Shown one piece after another: positions 9,429 through 19,663 of a stretch of 64,000 bases of DNA. The stretch is taken from the NCBI GenBank assembly GCA_048941285.1, contig JBHLNS010000004.1, positions 82,431 through 146,430 of the forward strand, given 5' to 3'. This stretch comes from Promethearchaeota archaeon (lineage in GTDB: Archaea > Asgardarchaeota > Lokiarchaeia > Sigyniarchaeales > SOKP01). The position numbers and the translations under genes are program-made. Numbering within the stretch: position 1 is the first letter of the stretch; each line of letters opens with the position of its first letter. The notes under the pieces are model-generated. The model ran no database searches, had not been told where the DNA came from, and saw nothing but the letters and a program-made list of their open reading frames with translations.

Positions 9429-10283
9429 TTACAATAATCCTAGGAGATCAGAAACTCCCCCAATTTTAGGAACCTCGATTTTAAAATAGTCACGAACAAT
9501 ATCAATTAAGAAAGTCAAATATGGTGTTGCTATTTTTTCATCATGCTTTTCTGAGATAAGATTAATCAACATTTTAGATGTTAATGGTTTTCCTTCCTGC
9601 TTTTGAATAAATTCTAGTATGGATGTAGAGTATTCATATGCTTTATTTATTTCATTTCTTAATATAATTAAACCTGCCATCAAATCATACTCTGCGAAGA
9701 ATTTTTGGACTATAACGCGTTCATTCTCTAAGTCTTTTAGATTGATTACTTTATCCTTATCTCTGATAACTTCCCTATTTTTAAAAACAAGATAATCTTC
9801 AAAATAATTTCTGTTTTTTTTATAATCCATTTCAGACATCATTTTTAAATCAAAATCGAAAGAATTCTGAGTAATATATTTAAAGAAATTGAGAATATGA
9901 TTATAAAGAAACTCTTGATCAGAGAGTATCAATGTCTTCTTTCCAAGAAACATCGCTCTAAAAAGATAGGCCATTAATATATCGGGGATATTGAGTTTAA
10001 TTAGATCGAACTTAATTGTATCCGTTTGGGGAGTAGGCATTTCTTTTGTTTTATTTTTAATTTCACTTTCAGGAAGTTCAATCTTAAAATCGGCTACTAA
10101 GCAATCTCTTACGACTAAATTCTTGTCTACATATGCGATAAATGAATGGTCGCATATCATACCTGCAGCTATATTGATTGCTAAGAGTCCTTTAGTAACA
10201 TTTTTAGTAGCCTCATCTGAAATCTCTATATGATCCCATTTCGTGCAGAGGGGACACCGAATTTCAATTCTCGCCATATTCAA
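9429..10283 (-). CDS. Hypothetical protein with an N-terminal Zn-binding module (CxxC...CxH)
   Basis: CPLC...CDHSF at the N-terminus and an alpha/beta C-terminal part. Confidence 0.8.
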   Translation of the reverse strand: MNMARIEIRCPLCTKWDHIEISDEATKNVTKGLLAINIAAGMICDHSFIAYVDKNLVVRDCLVADFKIELPESEIKNKTKEMPTPQTDTIKFDLIKLNIPDILMAYLFRAMFLGKKTLILSDQEFLYNHILNFFKYITQNSFDFDLKMMSEMDYKKNRNYFEDYLVFKNREVIRDKDKVINLKDLENERVIVQKFFAEYDLMAGLIILRNEINKAYEYSTSILEFIQKQEGKPLTSKMLINLISEKHDEKIATPYLTFLIDIVRDYFKIEVPKIGGVSDLLGLL

Positions 10284-10423
10284 TCAGAAAATAAATTTTA
10301 TTGAATATATATAACAAAAGTTATATTTGTTTTATTACAACCTTATGTTTCTATAATAAATGTTGTATTATCACTTTATAAATTTGTTTTATAATAACTC
10401 ATACTTTAAGTTACATAACAATC

Positions 10424-10903
10424 TTAAAGTCTCCGTACGCGCCCATAATTTCTCTCTATCAAATTTGCAAAAAGTAAACAAATTATTGCACTTATCACTT
10501 CTGCAGTTAAAAAAGCCATAGAATGAGATAAAAACAATACAGAGATAAAGAATGTGCTAAAAAAGAAAATGTTAAACAAGATAAAAGTTATCAACAATGG
10601 TTTTGTAATTGGAAAATCTAAAAATTTTTTAAACTTTGTACTTCTGCTAATTGTTTTACGAAATCTACTTCTTAATTTTTCTCTTCTCTCGACTTGGGCA
10701 TAACTCTCAAAAATTATAAGAGTAGCATAGAAGAGTGCTAACCAAATTCCAATAGGAATTAAAACTGCTACAACATGGTTTCCCATAGATAAGAAATATT
10801 GACCAATATATATAAAATATAATTGGGATATCCCACTCATTCCTAATAACAGTAAAAGAATCCCAAAATATTCCTTTGATGTCCATCGAATTCTTATTGG
10901 CAT
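10424..10903 (-). CDS. Hypothetical 4-TM membrane protein
   Basis: Four hydrophobic segments with a basic central loop. Confidence 0.75.
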   Translation of the reverse strand: MPIRIRWTSKEYFGILLLLLGMSGISQLYFIYIGQYFLSMGNHVVAVLIPIGIWLALFYATLIIFESYAQVERREKLRSRFRKTISRSTKFKKFLDFPITKPLLITFILFNIFFFSTFFISVLFLSHSMAFLTAEVISAIICLLFANLIERNYGRVRRL

Positions 10904-10927
10904 ATTTCTGTTTCCTTACTTATTTAA

Positions 10928-11004
10928 TGGTGGGCCCGGCGCGATTTGAACGCACGACCTTCCGCACGTCAAGCGGACGTCATACCGAGCTAGACCACGG
11001 GCCC
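10928..11004 (-). tRNA. tRNA-Val (GAC), CCA encoded
   Basis: The reverse complement reads GGGCCCGTGGTCTAGCTCGGTATGACG-TCCGC-TTGACGT-GCGGA-AGGTCGTGCGTTCAAATCGCGCCGGGCCCACCA. Confidence 0.97.
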
Positions 11005-11279
11005 TTTTATTTAATGTTATGAATAATGTATTTAATCGTATGTAATTTATAATATTAAAAAATAAATATTTTATTAGTCCAAAGGTTTCACATTTTAAAA
11101 CATTTATTTTTCATATTTTCGACTTAGATTTGTAAATCTCATATCATTTAATAAAATTACCCCATATAGCGTGTCTTATCAAATTAACAATTAGATGTTC
11201 AAATAAGTTAACTGAGTACCAAAACTTCCTAATGACAATTTGAACTCTTCTGAATAAAATCAGAAATAAACCTTTTATA

Positions 11280-12635
11280 TCATTTTTCCTGCAATTTTTT
11301 TTTACTTTTTGGTTCTTTCAAACCAATATAACCTCTAATAAATGATTTTAAAACCTGTGTAATATACCAAAGTCCGCTTTCTTTAAAAGGTATAGCTATA
11401 AAGTGAGTAAGCCTATAAGTCAACATATCTTTTTTTTTAATTCCTAAGAATTCTCCTAGTATGCTAACCCAGTTTCTTACTGGAATGCGCTTATTCGTTA
11501 ATCCTAATGCGGAAGTAAATCCATCTCCGAAGATTGATATCACTGCATGACAACATGGACATAATGTACATAACATTTCAGCATTTGACTCAACTGCTTC
11601 GTCGATAATTGGTAAGATATCTTTTTTTACTATAAGCTTTAAAGGATTTTTTGATTCTCTAATTATACAATATAAATCACAGAAGGAGCTCGTTTTATGA
11701 TGTTTCATTTCTGAGATTTTTACAGTTGGTAGTAGTGAAAAGAGATTTCTTATACTTGATACATCTCCACTATGTACAAGGTGACAAGAATCATGAATCG
11801 TAATTACTTGAGATTCAGCTCTAAATTTACTTATGAATTTTTTATTTTCAGGTTTTTTTAAAATTTCCGCGATATAATCTGCTGCATAGATGATCTCCAA
11901 GTCATAATCTTGAATAAGTTGTGGTGCAAGTTTTTTAAGGCCATAATAACAAGTCGCGCAGTAGACCATTACTTTTTTTGTATTAAATTTCTTAATTTCA
12001 TCAACCAAGTTTTTTAAAAGATATTTTCCATATTCGAATTTTCCAAGACCAAATAAAACTGCTCCACAACACACTAATTTATCATATAAGCCTTCAATAA
12101 GACCAAAGTTAAGATTTAATTTACAGAATATGTCAAGTAATGTATAATATTGATTCTCCAGCATTTGGATGCCACAACCTGAAAAAAATATTACTTCACG
12201 TGTTTTTGGTATTCGATATTCATCATATTTCTCTCTATTTAACCTGGGAATCAAAAAATTATTTAAATTTAGTATAATATGTGCTAGTCTCCTTCCATTA
12301 ATGAATCTCTCAAATAGAGAAGGAATATTATATGGAAGCCATGTATATTTTTTGTTTAATTGAGATAATTCAAATCTAATGGTCGAAAGGCGTTCTGTTA
12401 GATCTAAATTATTTATACAGGATATCTGGCAATTTTTGCAATATACGCATGATTTTAAAAATTTCTTAATCGATTTAACATTTTTTTTATCCAATTTATT
12501 CTGGAAAAGATTTTTTAAGGTCTTATGAATCGAGTATTGCGTTGTTTTATAAGCATAACAATTTTTATAGCAGATCCCGCATTCGGTACATTCCTTAATA
12601 TAATATTCTTTAAATTTAGAAAAATCATTAGTCAT
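11280..12635 (-). CDS. HdrD/GlpC-like Fe-S protein (2x[4Fe-4S] plus CCG domains)
   Basis: CTECGICYKNC and CVYCKNCQISC, then SGC..CCG..CATC and HDSCH..CPCC. Confidence 0.88.
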   Translation of the reverse strand: MTNDFSKFKEYYIKECTECGICYKNCYAYKTTQYSIHKTLKNLFQNKLDKKNVKSIKKFLKSCVYCKNCQISCINNLDLTERLSTIRFELSQLNKKYTWLPYNIPSLFERFINGRRLAHIILNLNNFLIPRLNREKYDEYRIPKTREVIFFSGCGIQMLENQYYTLLDIFCKLNLNFGLIEGLYDKLVCCGAVLFGLGKFEYGKYLLKNLVDEIKKFNTKKVMVYCATCYYGLKKLAPQLIQDYDLEIIYAADYIAEILKKPENKKFISKFRAESQVITIHDSCHLVHSGDVSSIRNLFSLLPTVKISEMKHHKTSSFCDLYCIIRESKNPLKLIVKKDILPIIDEAVESNAEMLCTLCPCCHAVISIFGDGFTSALGLTNKRIPVRNWVSILGEFLGIKKKDMLTYRLTHFIAIPFKESGLWYITQVLKSFIRGYIGLKEPKSKKKLQEK

Positions 12636-12757
12636 TGTTGAGAAATCATTATGCTTCGGTGGAATTATTAACTAATAAAAAAATTAAAAAAAGAAAAATA
12701 TAACTGTTTACTAATAGGAAAACAAATAAGAAAATAGATTTAAAAATGGTAGGGTAA

Positions 12758-13300
12758 ATGTCAGCTAAAGTTAGAATAAGGAAAAAATATGGAAAAGAAC
12801 GAGTGATTTATGAAATTAAAGAGAGTTTAGAACATAAAATGGTTCTGAGACTCGAAGCTCCACTTATTGGGTTAATCGCTTTTAGTTTTGCGCTTTGGGG
12901 TTCGAAAATTTTCACGGCACTTTCACCAGGGACAAGTTTGATTTTTCAAATCAGTGGTTATACCATTCATCTACACCACTTTCATTATGGTATCATCGCA
13001 TTAGCAATTGGATTAGTACTTACATTTTTTGAGGGACGCTGGTTTGCACGAATTGAACACATTCTATTTGGGGCGGGTTTAGGTTTTATAGTTGATGAAT
13101 ATTGGTTACTTTTAATATTCGATGATTCGACATATTTCGGTCCCGAATCACAATTTATTTCCGTCATGATAGGACTCGTAATTAGTATAATTTATGCGAT
13201 AATAATAATAGGAATTTATTTCATAACCAAGGAAGAACGAAAAATTTGGCACGAATTATATGATGTTGTTAAATCAGATAAATTTGAAATTGATATATAA
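12758..13300 (+). CDS. Hypothetical membrane protein with a His cluster
   Basis: About 4 TM segments, HLHHFHYG and G.G.GFIVDE. Confidence 0.75.
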   Translation: MSAKVRIRKKYGKERVIYEIKESLEHKMVLRLEAPLIGLIAFSFALWGSKIFTALSPGTSLIFQISGYTIHLHHFHYGIIALAIGLVLTFFEGRWFARIEHILFGAGLGFIVDEYWLLLIFDDSTYFGPESQFISVMIGLVISIIYAIIIIGIYFITKEERKIWHELYDVVKSDKFEIDI

Positions 13301-13586
13301 TATCATTAATTTAATTAATGTAAGATAATGTAAATTGGTTTTTTCATATTTTTGTTCAAATAAAATGCTAAAAACAGTATAAAGGAAAGCTAACAACGGA
13401 AAATAAGAAAGATATTCAAAGAAAATGATCTTGCTTTAATTCTTTTATTTTTAATGCTCTTCTTAAGAAATGTCGTCTCTTTAAGAAAAATTCTACTTAA
13501 CGAGATAAGCTATATTAACACATTGATATCTCCAAATAATTCACTCATTTCTTAAAAATAGAATAAAAAAATAAATTATTAGCTGT

Positions 13587-14822
13587 TTATGCTTTTTTTT
13601 CTCGTAAAGCTCTAATCATAGGTAAATCATTTCCAGAAAGAATTTCTAACATTGCTCCGCCAGCTGTTGATATAAAAGAAACTTCATCTGCTTTTCCTGC
13701 CATTGAAGCTGCAGCACCCATTTCACCGCCTCCGATTATTGTAAGTGCTTTATTTTTCTTTGTAGCAGCTACCATAGTATTAACAATTTCATTTGTGGAT
13801 TTTCTAAACACTTCTTTTTCGAATATACCTGGAGGACCATTTGCTACGATAGTTTTGCATTTCATCAAGATATCATTAAATTTTTCTACCGTTTTGTGAC
13901 CAATATCTCCCGTTGTTGTGTTATATGTCCCAGCCTCATCTATTCCAATTTCTTTTCTATTACCGTTTTCATCTATAACTAAATCTTCTGGAAGAATAAT
14001 TTTATCTTTGTATTTTTCATAGGTATCTATTATCATAGCTTTATTTGCTTCTAGATCTTCAGCGATTATTTTATGATTCGGTTCTCCCATGTTTTTACCT
14101 AAAGCTTCAAAAATTAATATAGCTGTTAATCCAGAGCATAGAGCGTAATCTAATTTTTCATTATCAAAATTGTACTTCATTGCTTTAAATTTATCAATTG
14201 CTTTTGCTCCGCCTATTAACATTGCCATAGGTTTTTCAGGTTCTTGCATTATCTTTTTTAATGCATATAATTCATCAGCGGTTATTGGTCCTGCCATCAT
14301 CTTAGGCCATCCTACGATGGATGCATGAGCTCGATGAGCAGCTCCAAAAGCGTCAACAATAACATAATCTACTAAGGGATATAATGTTTTTATCATCTCA
14401 GTATTTTCAGCTTCAGAAAAATCCTTATAGTTTTTCATCTCTCCTTCAAATTTTCGAACGTTATCAAGAACTAAAACTTCTCCTGGTTTAAGATCTTTAA
14501 TTGCTTGAACAGCTTGTTGACCAAATATATCTTTTACAAATTTTACTGGACGACCAAGATGTTTTTCGATCTCTTTAGCATGGATGTCTAAATCAGTAAA
14601 ATCTTTTTCTCCAGGGCGAGATTGATGAGCTAATATTATCACTGCACTCTTTTTAAAATACTCATTAAGAGCGGGTACAAGAGCACGAATTCGAGGAGAA
14701 TCTCTAATCTCCATTTTGTCTAAATCTATGTTAGAGTTAATATCGACACGCATTAAGATCTTTTTACCTTTCAATTTAACATCTTTAAAAGATGTATAGT
14801 CAATTTTCATATGTTTCCTCAC
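13587..14822 (-). CDS. pgk: Phosphoglycerate kinase
   Basis: RVDIN, AHQSRPG, DAFGAAHRAHAS, GGAK, NGPPG.FE and ISTAGGA motifs. Confidence 0.97.
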   Translation of the reverse strand: MRKHMKIDYTSFKDVKLKGKKILMRVDINSNIDLDKMEIRDSPRIRALVPALNEYFKKSAVIILAHQSRPGEKDFTDLDIHAKEIEKHLGRPVKFVKDIFGQQAVQAIKDLKPGEVLVLDNVRKFEGEMKNYKDFSEAENTEMIKTLYPLVDYVIVDAFGAAHRAHASIVGWPKMMAGPITADELYALKKIMQEPEKPMAMLIGGAKAIDKFKAMKYNFDNEKLDYALCSGLTAILIFEALGKNMGEPNHKIIAEDLEANKAMIIDTYEKYKDKIILPEDLVIDENGNRKEIGIDEAGTYNTTTGDIGHKTVEKFNDILMKCKTIVANGPPGIFEKEVFRKSTNEIVNTMVAATKKNKALTIIGGGEMGAAASMAGKADEVSFISTAGGAMLEILSGNDLPMIRALREKKA

Positions 14823-14967
14823 TTTAACTTAGGATTTAAAATTGAATGAATAGTAATTTATAATTATTTTGAGTAATTATTATCTTTTTTCTAAAATTAG
14901 TAAACTACAAAATTTATGTTTATTTACTGATTTTAATTAAAACAAATTTATGGTAGGATTAGGTTAA

Positions 14968-15747
14968 ATGAGTGAAATTAAAAACATTCTTTTAAAATTA
15001 CTTGAAAAAGAAATATCTTTAGAAGATGCAGAGAAATTATTAAAGGCAAATTTAATTGAGGAGGTAGGCGATTTAGCAAAATTAGATATTTTTCGTCAAA
15101 CCAGAACAGGTAGTCCGGAAGTAATTTTCGCTCAAAATAAATCCTCTCAAATGTTAATAGATATTGTTTCCCAATTTCTGAAAAGTAAAAAATTCGCTAT
15201 AATTTCTCGTTATAATGAGGCTCAAAAAGCCTTAATTCTTGAGCAATTCAGGCATAATAAAGATTACGTAATCGATGTTAATGAATTAGGAAAAATCATG
15301 ATTATTAAAGAATCTACACATGAATTTGAAAATAAAGGAGGAATTGTTGGAATTATTACAGCAGGGAGCTCTGATATTCCCGTGGCGGTTGAAGCCGAAG
15401 CTATCGTAAAAGCAATGGGATGTAGAGTTATTTCTAGTTATGATGTAGGTATTGCGGGTATACATCGAATTTTTACGCCGTTAAGTAATATGATAGCAAA
15501 TGGTGTACATGTCATTATAGTTTGTGCAGGTATGGAAGGAACTCTTCCGGGTGTAGTTGCTGCTCTTGTTGATGTTCCGGTTATAGGCGTTCCAATCTCG
15601 AGTGGTTATGGTATTGGTGAAAAAGGTAAGGGTGCTTTAATCACTATGCTACAATCATGTTCTCCAGGATTACTAGTGGTGAACATCGACAATGGATTTG
15701 GCGCAGGCGCTTCCGCTGCCATTATTGCAAATAAAATTGCAGAATAA
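14968..15747 (+). CDS. larB: Nickel-pincer cofactor biosynthesis protein LarB
   Basis: RTGSPEVIF, AGSSD, DVGIAGIHR, AGMEGTLP, GYG, CSPG and VNIDNGFGA motifs. Confidence 0.94.
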   Translation: MSEIKNILLKLLEKEISLEDAEKLLKANLIEEVGDLAKLDIFRQTRTGSPEVIFAQNKSSQMLIDIVSQFLKSKKFAIISRYNEAQKALILEQFRHNKDYVIDVNELGKIMIIKESTHEFENKGGIVGIITAGSSDIPVAVEAEAIVKAMGCRVISSYDVGIAGIHRIFTPLSNMIANGVHVIIVCAGMEGTLPGVVAALVDVPVIGVPISSGYGIGEKGKGALITMLQSCSPGLLVVNIDNGFGAGASAAIIANKIAE

Positions 15748-15905
15748 TTTTAATTTGCTATTTAACATATATTTATTTCTTTAGAGACGTAATCTTTTAT
15801 CGATCCTCTCATTTTATTCTAATTTCACTTAGAAAAATTATATAAATATTCGGGTTTAAATTTCACTTAATTAATCATTTTATAAATTCAAAAATAAAAT
15901 AAAAA

Positions 15906-16577
15906 GTGAAATTTATGGTTACACCAGAATCTCAAGCTGCTTTAGACCATCTTCGTCAGTTAAATCAAGACTTAGGATGGTATATTATTCCACTACTCGC
16001 TATTGTGCTATATATTTATGGCGTAGAAATTAAAAATGCTAGAGAAACCGGAAATTGGAATACTGTTTTTGCAGGACTAACAGTATTAGGTTTAGATCTC
16101 ATTAATGAAATATGGAATGGACTTGTCCTTGCTTTTACCAATTACTCCGCTTTTTGGACTACCCCAGGAGCAAGTGCTTATATAATTTTAGTTGGATGGA
16201 ATATTGAAATTGCTTTTATGTTTTCTATCGCCGGTATTGTTTTTGCTAAGTTTTTACCAGAAGATAGGAATAAAAAAATCCTCGGACTTTCTAATCGATG
16301 GGCTATGGCAATTGGTTTTGCTTTATTTTGTGTAATTGTTGAAATTTTCTTGAATATTGGAAATTATTTAATATGGGTATATCCATGGTGGAATTGGTAT
16401 AATCCAATCTTAATTTTTCTATTTGGATACTTTCATTTCTTTGTAGGAGCCTTTTATGTACATGATTTACCAGAGAGAAAATCAAAATTGAAATTTGTTG
16501 GAATAATCTATGCTATAGGTATTGGACTTTTATGTATTTTTCTGCCTTTAGGTATTGCGGGAATAATAAATTTTTAA
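15906..16577 (+). CDS. Hypothetical multi-pass membrane protein
   Basis: About 6 TM segments, Trp-rich, with intramembrane acidic residues (DLINEIWN, NIEI, IVEI). Confidence 0.78.
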   Translation: MKFMVTPESQAALDHLRQLNQDLGWYIIPLLAIVLYIYGVEIKNARETGNWNTVFAGLTVLGLDLINEIWNGLVLAFTNYSAFWTTPGASAYIILVGWNIEIAFMFSIAGIVFAKFLPEDRNKKILGLSNRWAMAIGFALFCVIVEIFLNIGNYLIWVYPWWNWYNPILIFLFGYFHFFVGAFYVHDLPERKSKLKFVGIIYAIGIGLLCIFLPLGIAGIINF

Positions 16578-16860
16578 AAAATCTTAATTCTAATTTTTCT
16601 TTTAATTTTAATTAAACAAATTTCTAATTAAATATCTAAACATCTAATGAATTTATTTACTTAAAGTGAAGGACGGAATTATTCAAAGCTTTATCCCTTT
16701 TCAATATTGAGAAATAAGACGTTTCAGTATCTTGAAAATTCACAAATTTAAGATAGATAAGTATAAAAAGGTATATTAATATAATAAATATTGAACTTAT
16801 TTTTGAATTAATTATATAAAAAATCTATAAAAATTGTAAGAAGAAGTAGTTGAGACCCCG

Positions 16861-17403
16861 ATGGTCGCATCTATTGATCATATTGAACTTTTTGAAAAAT
16901 CTAAAAAGTTATTTGAAGATGGTGACATCATTAGTACTTTAGAGAACTTTGAGAAAGCAATGGAACGCATTGATCGTTCACAATTAAAAAATAAATTAGA
17001 ATATATTCAATTTTTGGAATCAATTCTAAATCACTGTAGAGAAAATAATTTACCTGAAGAAGAAGCATTAGTTTTAAGAGCATTAGGAAGAACTTACTCG
17101 CTTTTTAAACAATACCCTGAAAGTATGAAATATCATTACCAATCATTAAAAATTCAGAAGAAACTCGGTAAAAAATTAGAAACTGCTGAAGGATTAGTAT
17201 TCTTTGCTGAGGATCTTGAAGTATCTGGAAATTTCGATAAATGCATTCAAGCATTTCAAGAAGCCTCAGAAATATTTCAGGGATTGGGTAAATTAAGGAA
17301 AGTCAAAGAAATCAATAAAGAAATTACAAGATTAGAAGCCTTTTCAAGAGAAATGGTTGAAGATGAGTATATACTACATAAGTTTAATGTTGATAAATAT
17401 TAA
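16861..17403 (+). CDS. Tetratricopeptide-repeat protein
   Basis: TPR-like helices such as LRALGRTYSLFKQYPESMKYHYQSLKI. Confidence 0.8.
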   Translation: MVASIDHIELFEKSKKLFEDGDIISTLENFEKAMERIDRSQLKNKLEYIQFLESILNHCRENNLPEEEALVLRALGRTYSLFKQYPESMKYHYQSLKIQKKLGKKLETAEGLVFFAEDLEVSGNFDKCIQAFQEASEIFQGLGKLRKVKEINKEITRLEAFSREMVEDEYILHKFNVDKY

Positions 17404-17463
17404 ATCATAAAACAAGTGAATTCATTAATCAACTATTTTTTTTTCTTATTTTTATTATTAAAA

Positions 17464-18765
17464 CTACTCTATCAAGTCTTCCGAAATTTTGTTAAAGATT
17501 TGTTTCATTTCAGCATTAACCATTAACTCAACCTTTTTTATAGAAAGCCCCGCGTCTTTACTTATTCTCTTAAGATCTTCATATTCTGGTTTGATATTAA
17601 CAATTTCTAATCCCTTTTCTGATTTAATAAATGAGATTTTATAATCAACATCGTAAATTTTTTTATTTATTTCAATACTTTTCTTTTCAATTTTCCTACT
17701 TACACAAACTCGATTAATGATATTGAATCTTACTCCTAATGTTCCTAATTGATGTACAATTTTTTCAATCAACTTAAAAGTGTGCTCTGGATAACAAAGA
17801 ACTTTTATTATATGGCTAGGTCTATTTTTTTTCGTTATACTAGGAAATATTTGGATATCAAGTATATCTTCCTTTTCAAAATTAGTAATGAGATTTCCAA
17901 GAATTTCTCCAGATATGTCATCTACATCCGTTTCCAATACACAAACTTCTTCAATATACTGTTGTAAAGAGTGGGTTAAATTATATCCTTGAGATTCTTT
18001 TTCCTCACCATAGATTAATCTTAAAACATTTAGGAAATTATCAAATTTCTTTTGTCCTGTGCTATAAACTGATTTTATAATTTTCATCTCACTAGGATAT
18101 TGAAGAATTTGGGGTTTTAAGTTTACTAATAATGCTGCACCTGTGGGGGTAACTAGTTCAGAATCTATAGGGCCTCCAACTGTCAATATATTTGATTTTT
18201 CTAAAATCTTTAAAGTAGCTGGGGCAGGAATAGCTAACATCCCATGTTTTGTATTGATATTTCCACCACCTAAAGGAATTTTACTACAAGAAATTCTTAA
18301 TCCGTCTTTAAAGCCATTAATCTTATCAAGAACCATTGCTACTCCGATAATATCTATAAATGTATCAATCGAACTTAATTCATGCAAATGAACTTTCTCA
18401 ATTAAATCTCCATGAACATCTGCTTCAGCTTTAATTAAAGAGTTTAAAACGTTTTTCGCATATTTTTTTGCTGGGTCGGTCATTTTAGACTTCAATAGAT
18501 AATTATTTAATGAATCCTGCAAACTTTTAGCTGTTCTATGATCTTTTGTTTCTTCAATGTCTATTTTTAATTGATTCAGTTGAATTCCACTTCGTTCTGT
18601 ATGAATCAATTCAATATCCAACTTTTTAACATTAAGAAGAGTCTTTTTTATAGTCCTTAATTCACGTAAAATTAGATCAGGGTTTGGGATTAAACCAAGA
18701 AGCCCCGCAAGGAACATATCACCAGAAATTCCAGAGTTAAGTAAATCAATATATAATATTTTCAT
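17464..18765 (-). CDS. larC: Nickel insertase LarC (full-length, C1+C2)
   Basis: SGISGDMFL, HLHEL, HG.L.IPAPAT, ELVTPTGAA, ETDVDD, KKNRP, TLGVR and KPEYED motifs. Confidence 0.95.
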   Translation of the reverse strand: MKILYIDLLNSGISGDMFLAGLLGLIPNPDLILRELRTIKKTLLNVKKLDIELIHTERSGIQLNQLKIDIEETKDHRTAKSLQDSLNNYLLKSKMTDPAKKYAKNVLNSLIKAEADVHGDLIEKVHLHELSSIDTFIDIIGVAMVLDKINGFKDGLRISCSKIPLGGGNINTKHGMLAIPAPATLKILEKSNILTVGGPIDSELVTPTGAALLVNLKPQILQYPSEMKIIKSVYSTGQKKFDNFLNVLRLIYGEEKESQGYNLTHSLQQYIEEVCVLETDVDDISGEILGNLITNFEKEDILDIQIFPSITKKNRPSHIIKVLCYPEHTFKLIEKIVHQLGTLGVRFNIINRVCVSRKIEKKSIEINKKIYDVDYKISFIKSEKGLEIVNIKPEYEDLKRISKDAGLSIKKVELMVNAEMKQIFNKISEDLIE

Positions 18766-18835
18766 TTTACTATTATTTCAAGAATGGTTCATTACTCAAA
18801 ATTTTATGTGATAACAATTTTATAATTATATTATC

Positions 18836-18864
18836 TTTTTAATAATATTAAGAATTATTAAAAA
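18836..18864. promoter_or_regulatory. Inverted repeat in the larC / 18896 divergent promoter region (candidate operator)
   Basis: TTTTTAATAAT-N7-ATTATTAAAAA. It is all A/T, so it could be chance. Confidence 0.25.
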
Positions 18865-18895
18865 TAAATTATACTTTCAAGTTTAGGACTCAGAT

Positions 18896-19630
18896 ATGTC
18901 AGAACTGCAAACCCTTAAAGCTTACTTAACCCAATTACCTGCAACATTGCTAAAATTGCTAAATGTCGCCCCTCCTCATAATACAATTCCAGAACCAATT
19001 CCAGATATTTTAGAATTGTATCAAGGAATCGAGCGTATTACTATAAATTTAATAGATAATTTTGGTCTTTTTGAGATCACCTACTTAAAACCCCAATTTA
19101 TGATAGCCAATTCAGAAGTAATGCTACTCCTAAGCACTAAAAACCCATATACGTTAGGAGTTTTACATCAATTAATTTATGGTGGGTTTGAAGTTGAACC
19201 AAACGGATTTCATCTCTTAAAAGCCTTAAATAAAGGTGGGAAATCGTCTTGTTTAATTGGCAGACAAAAAGATATAGAAAGATATGATGGTGGCACAAAA
19301 TCTATTGCTAAAGATACTGATATGAGTACTTGGGTTGAATCGGCAAAAGTTATTAATACACATGATCTTTCATGGATGCACTATCTAGATTTTGAGAATT
19401 TGCATAAACAGCAACAGCAATTAAAGCAAAGAACTCCAGAAGATTTAATTGAAAAATTAATTAATAGAACTGACAAATGGATTTTGGGCAATTATAAACA
19501 ACTTAGACCGAATTCATTAATGATTATTATAGGAGACCATGGAAGAGTCAAACTTGATTTAGAATACAGTGGTAAAATTGCACAATGGCGAGAAGCAAGT
19601 GTACCAATTGCTATACTAATAAGAAAATAA
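18896..19630 (+). CDS. Compact alkaline-phosphatase-superfamily (NPP/PglZ-like) protein
   Basis: First-strand LIDNFG, D...H, IIIGDHG and a terminal VP, the outline of an AP core. Confidence 0.6.
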   Translation: MSELQTLKAYLTQLPATLLKLLNVAPPHNTIPEPIPDILELYQGIERITINLIDNFGLFEITYLKPQFMIANSEVMLLLSTKNPYTLGVLHQLIYGGFEVEPNGFHLLKALNKGGKSSCLIGRQKDIERYDGGTKSIAKDTDMSTWVESAKVINTHDLSWMHYLDFENLHKQQQQLKQRTPEDLIEKLINRTDKWILGNYKQLRPNSLMIIIGDHGRVKLDLEYSGKIAQWREASVPIAILIRK

Positions 19631-19663
19631 TTCTGCTTTGTTTTAATTAAATTTAACACCTAA

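Noticed and set aside
7889-11004. Segment between the two tRNAs as an integrated element
   Set aside because: There is no integrase and no duplicated tRNA 3' end (att site) visible, and the gene content looks chromosomal.
11280-12635. Selenocysteine recoding in the Hdr-like gene, or a SECIS among nearby hairpins
   Set aside because: No in-frame TGA interrupts a conserved Cys position, and the terminal TGA follows a plausible C-terminus.
16861-17403. TPR protein as an alpha-SNAP homolog
   Set aside because: It is too short and only generic TPR features are visible, so this cannot be supported without a profile search.
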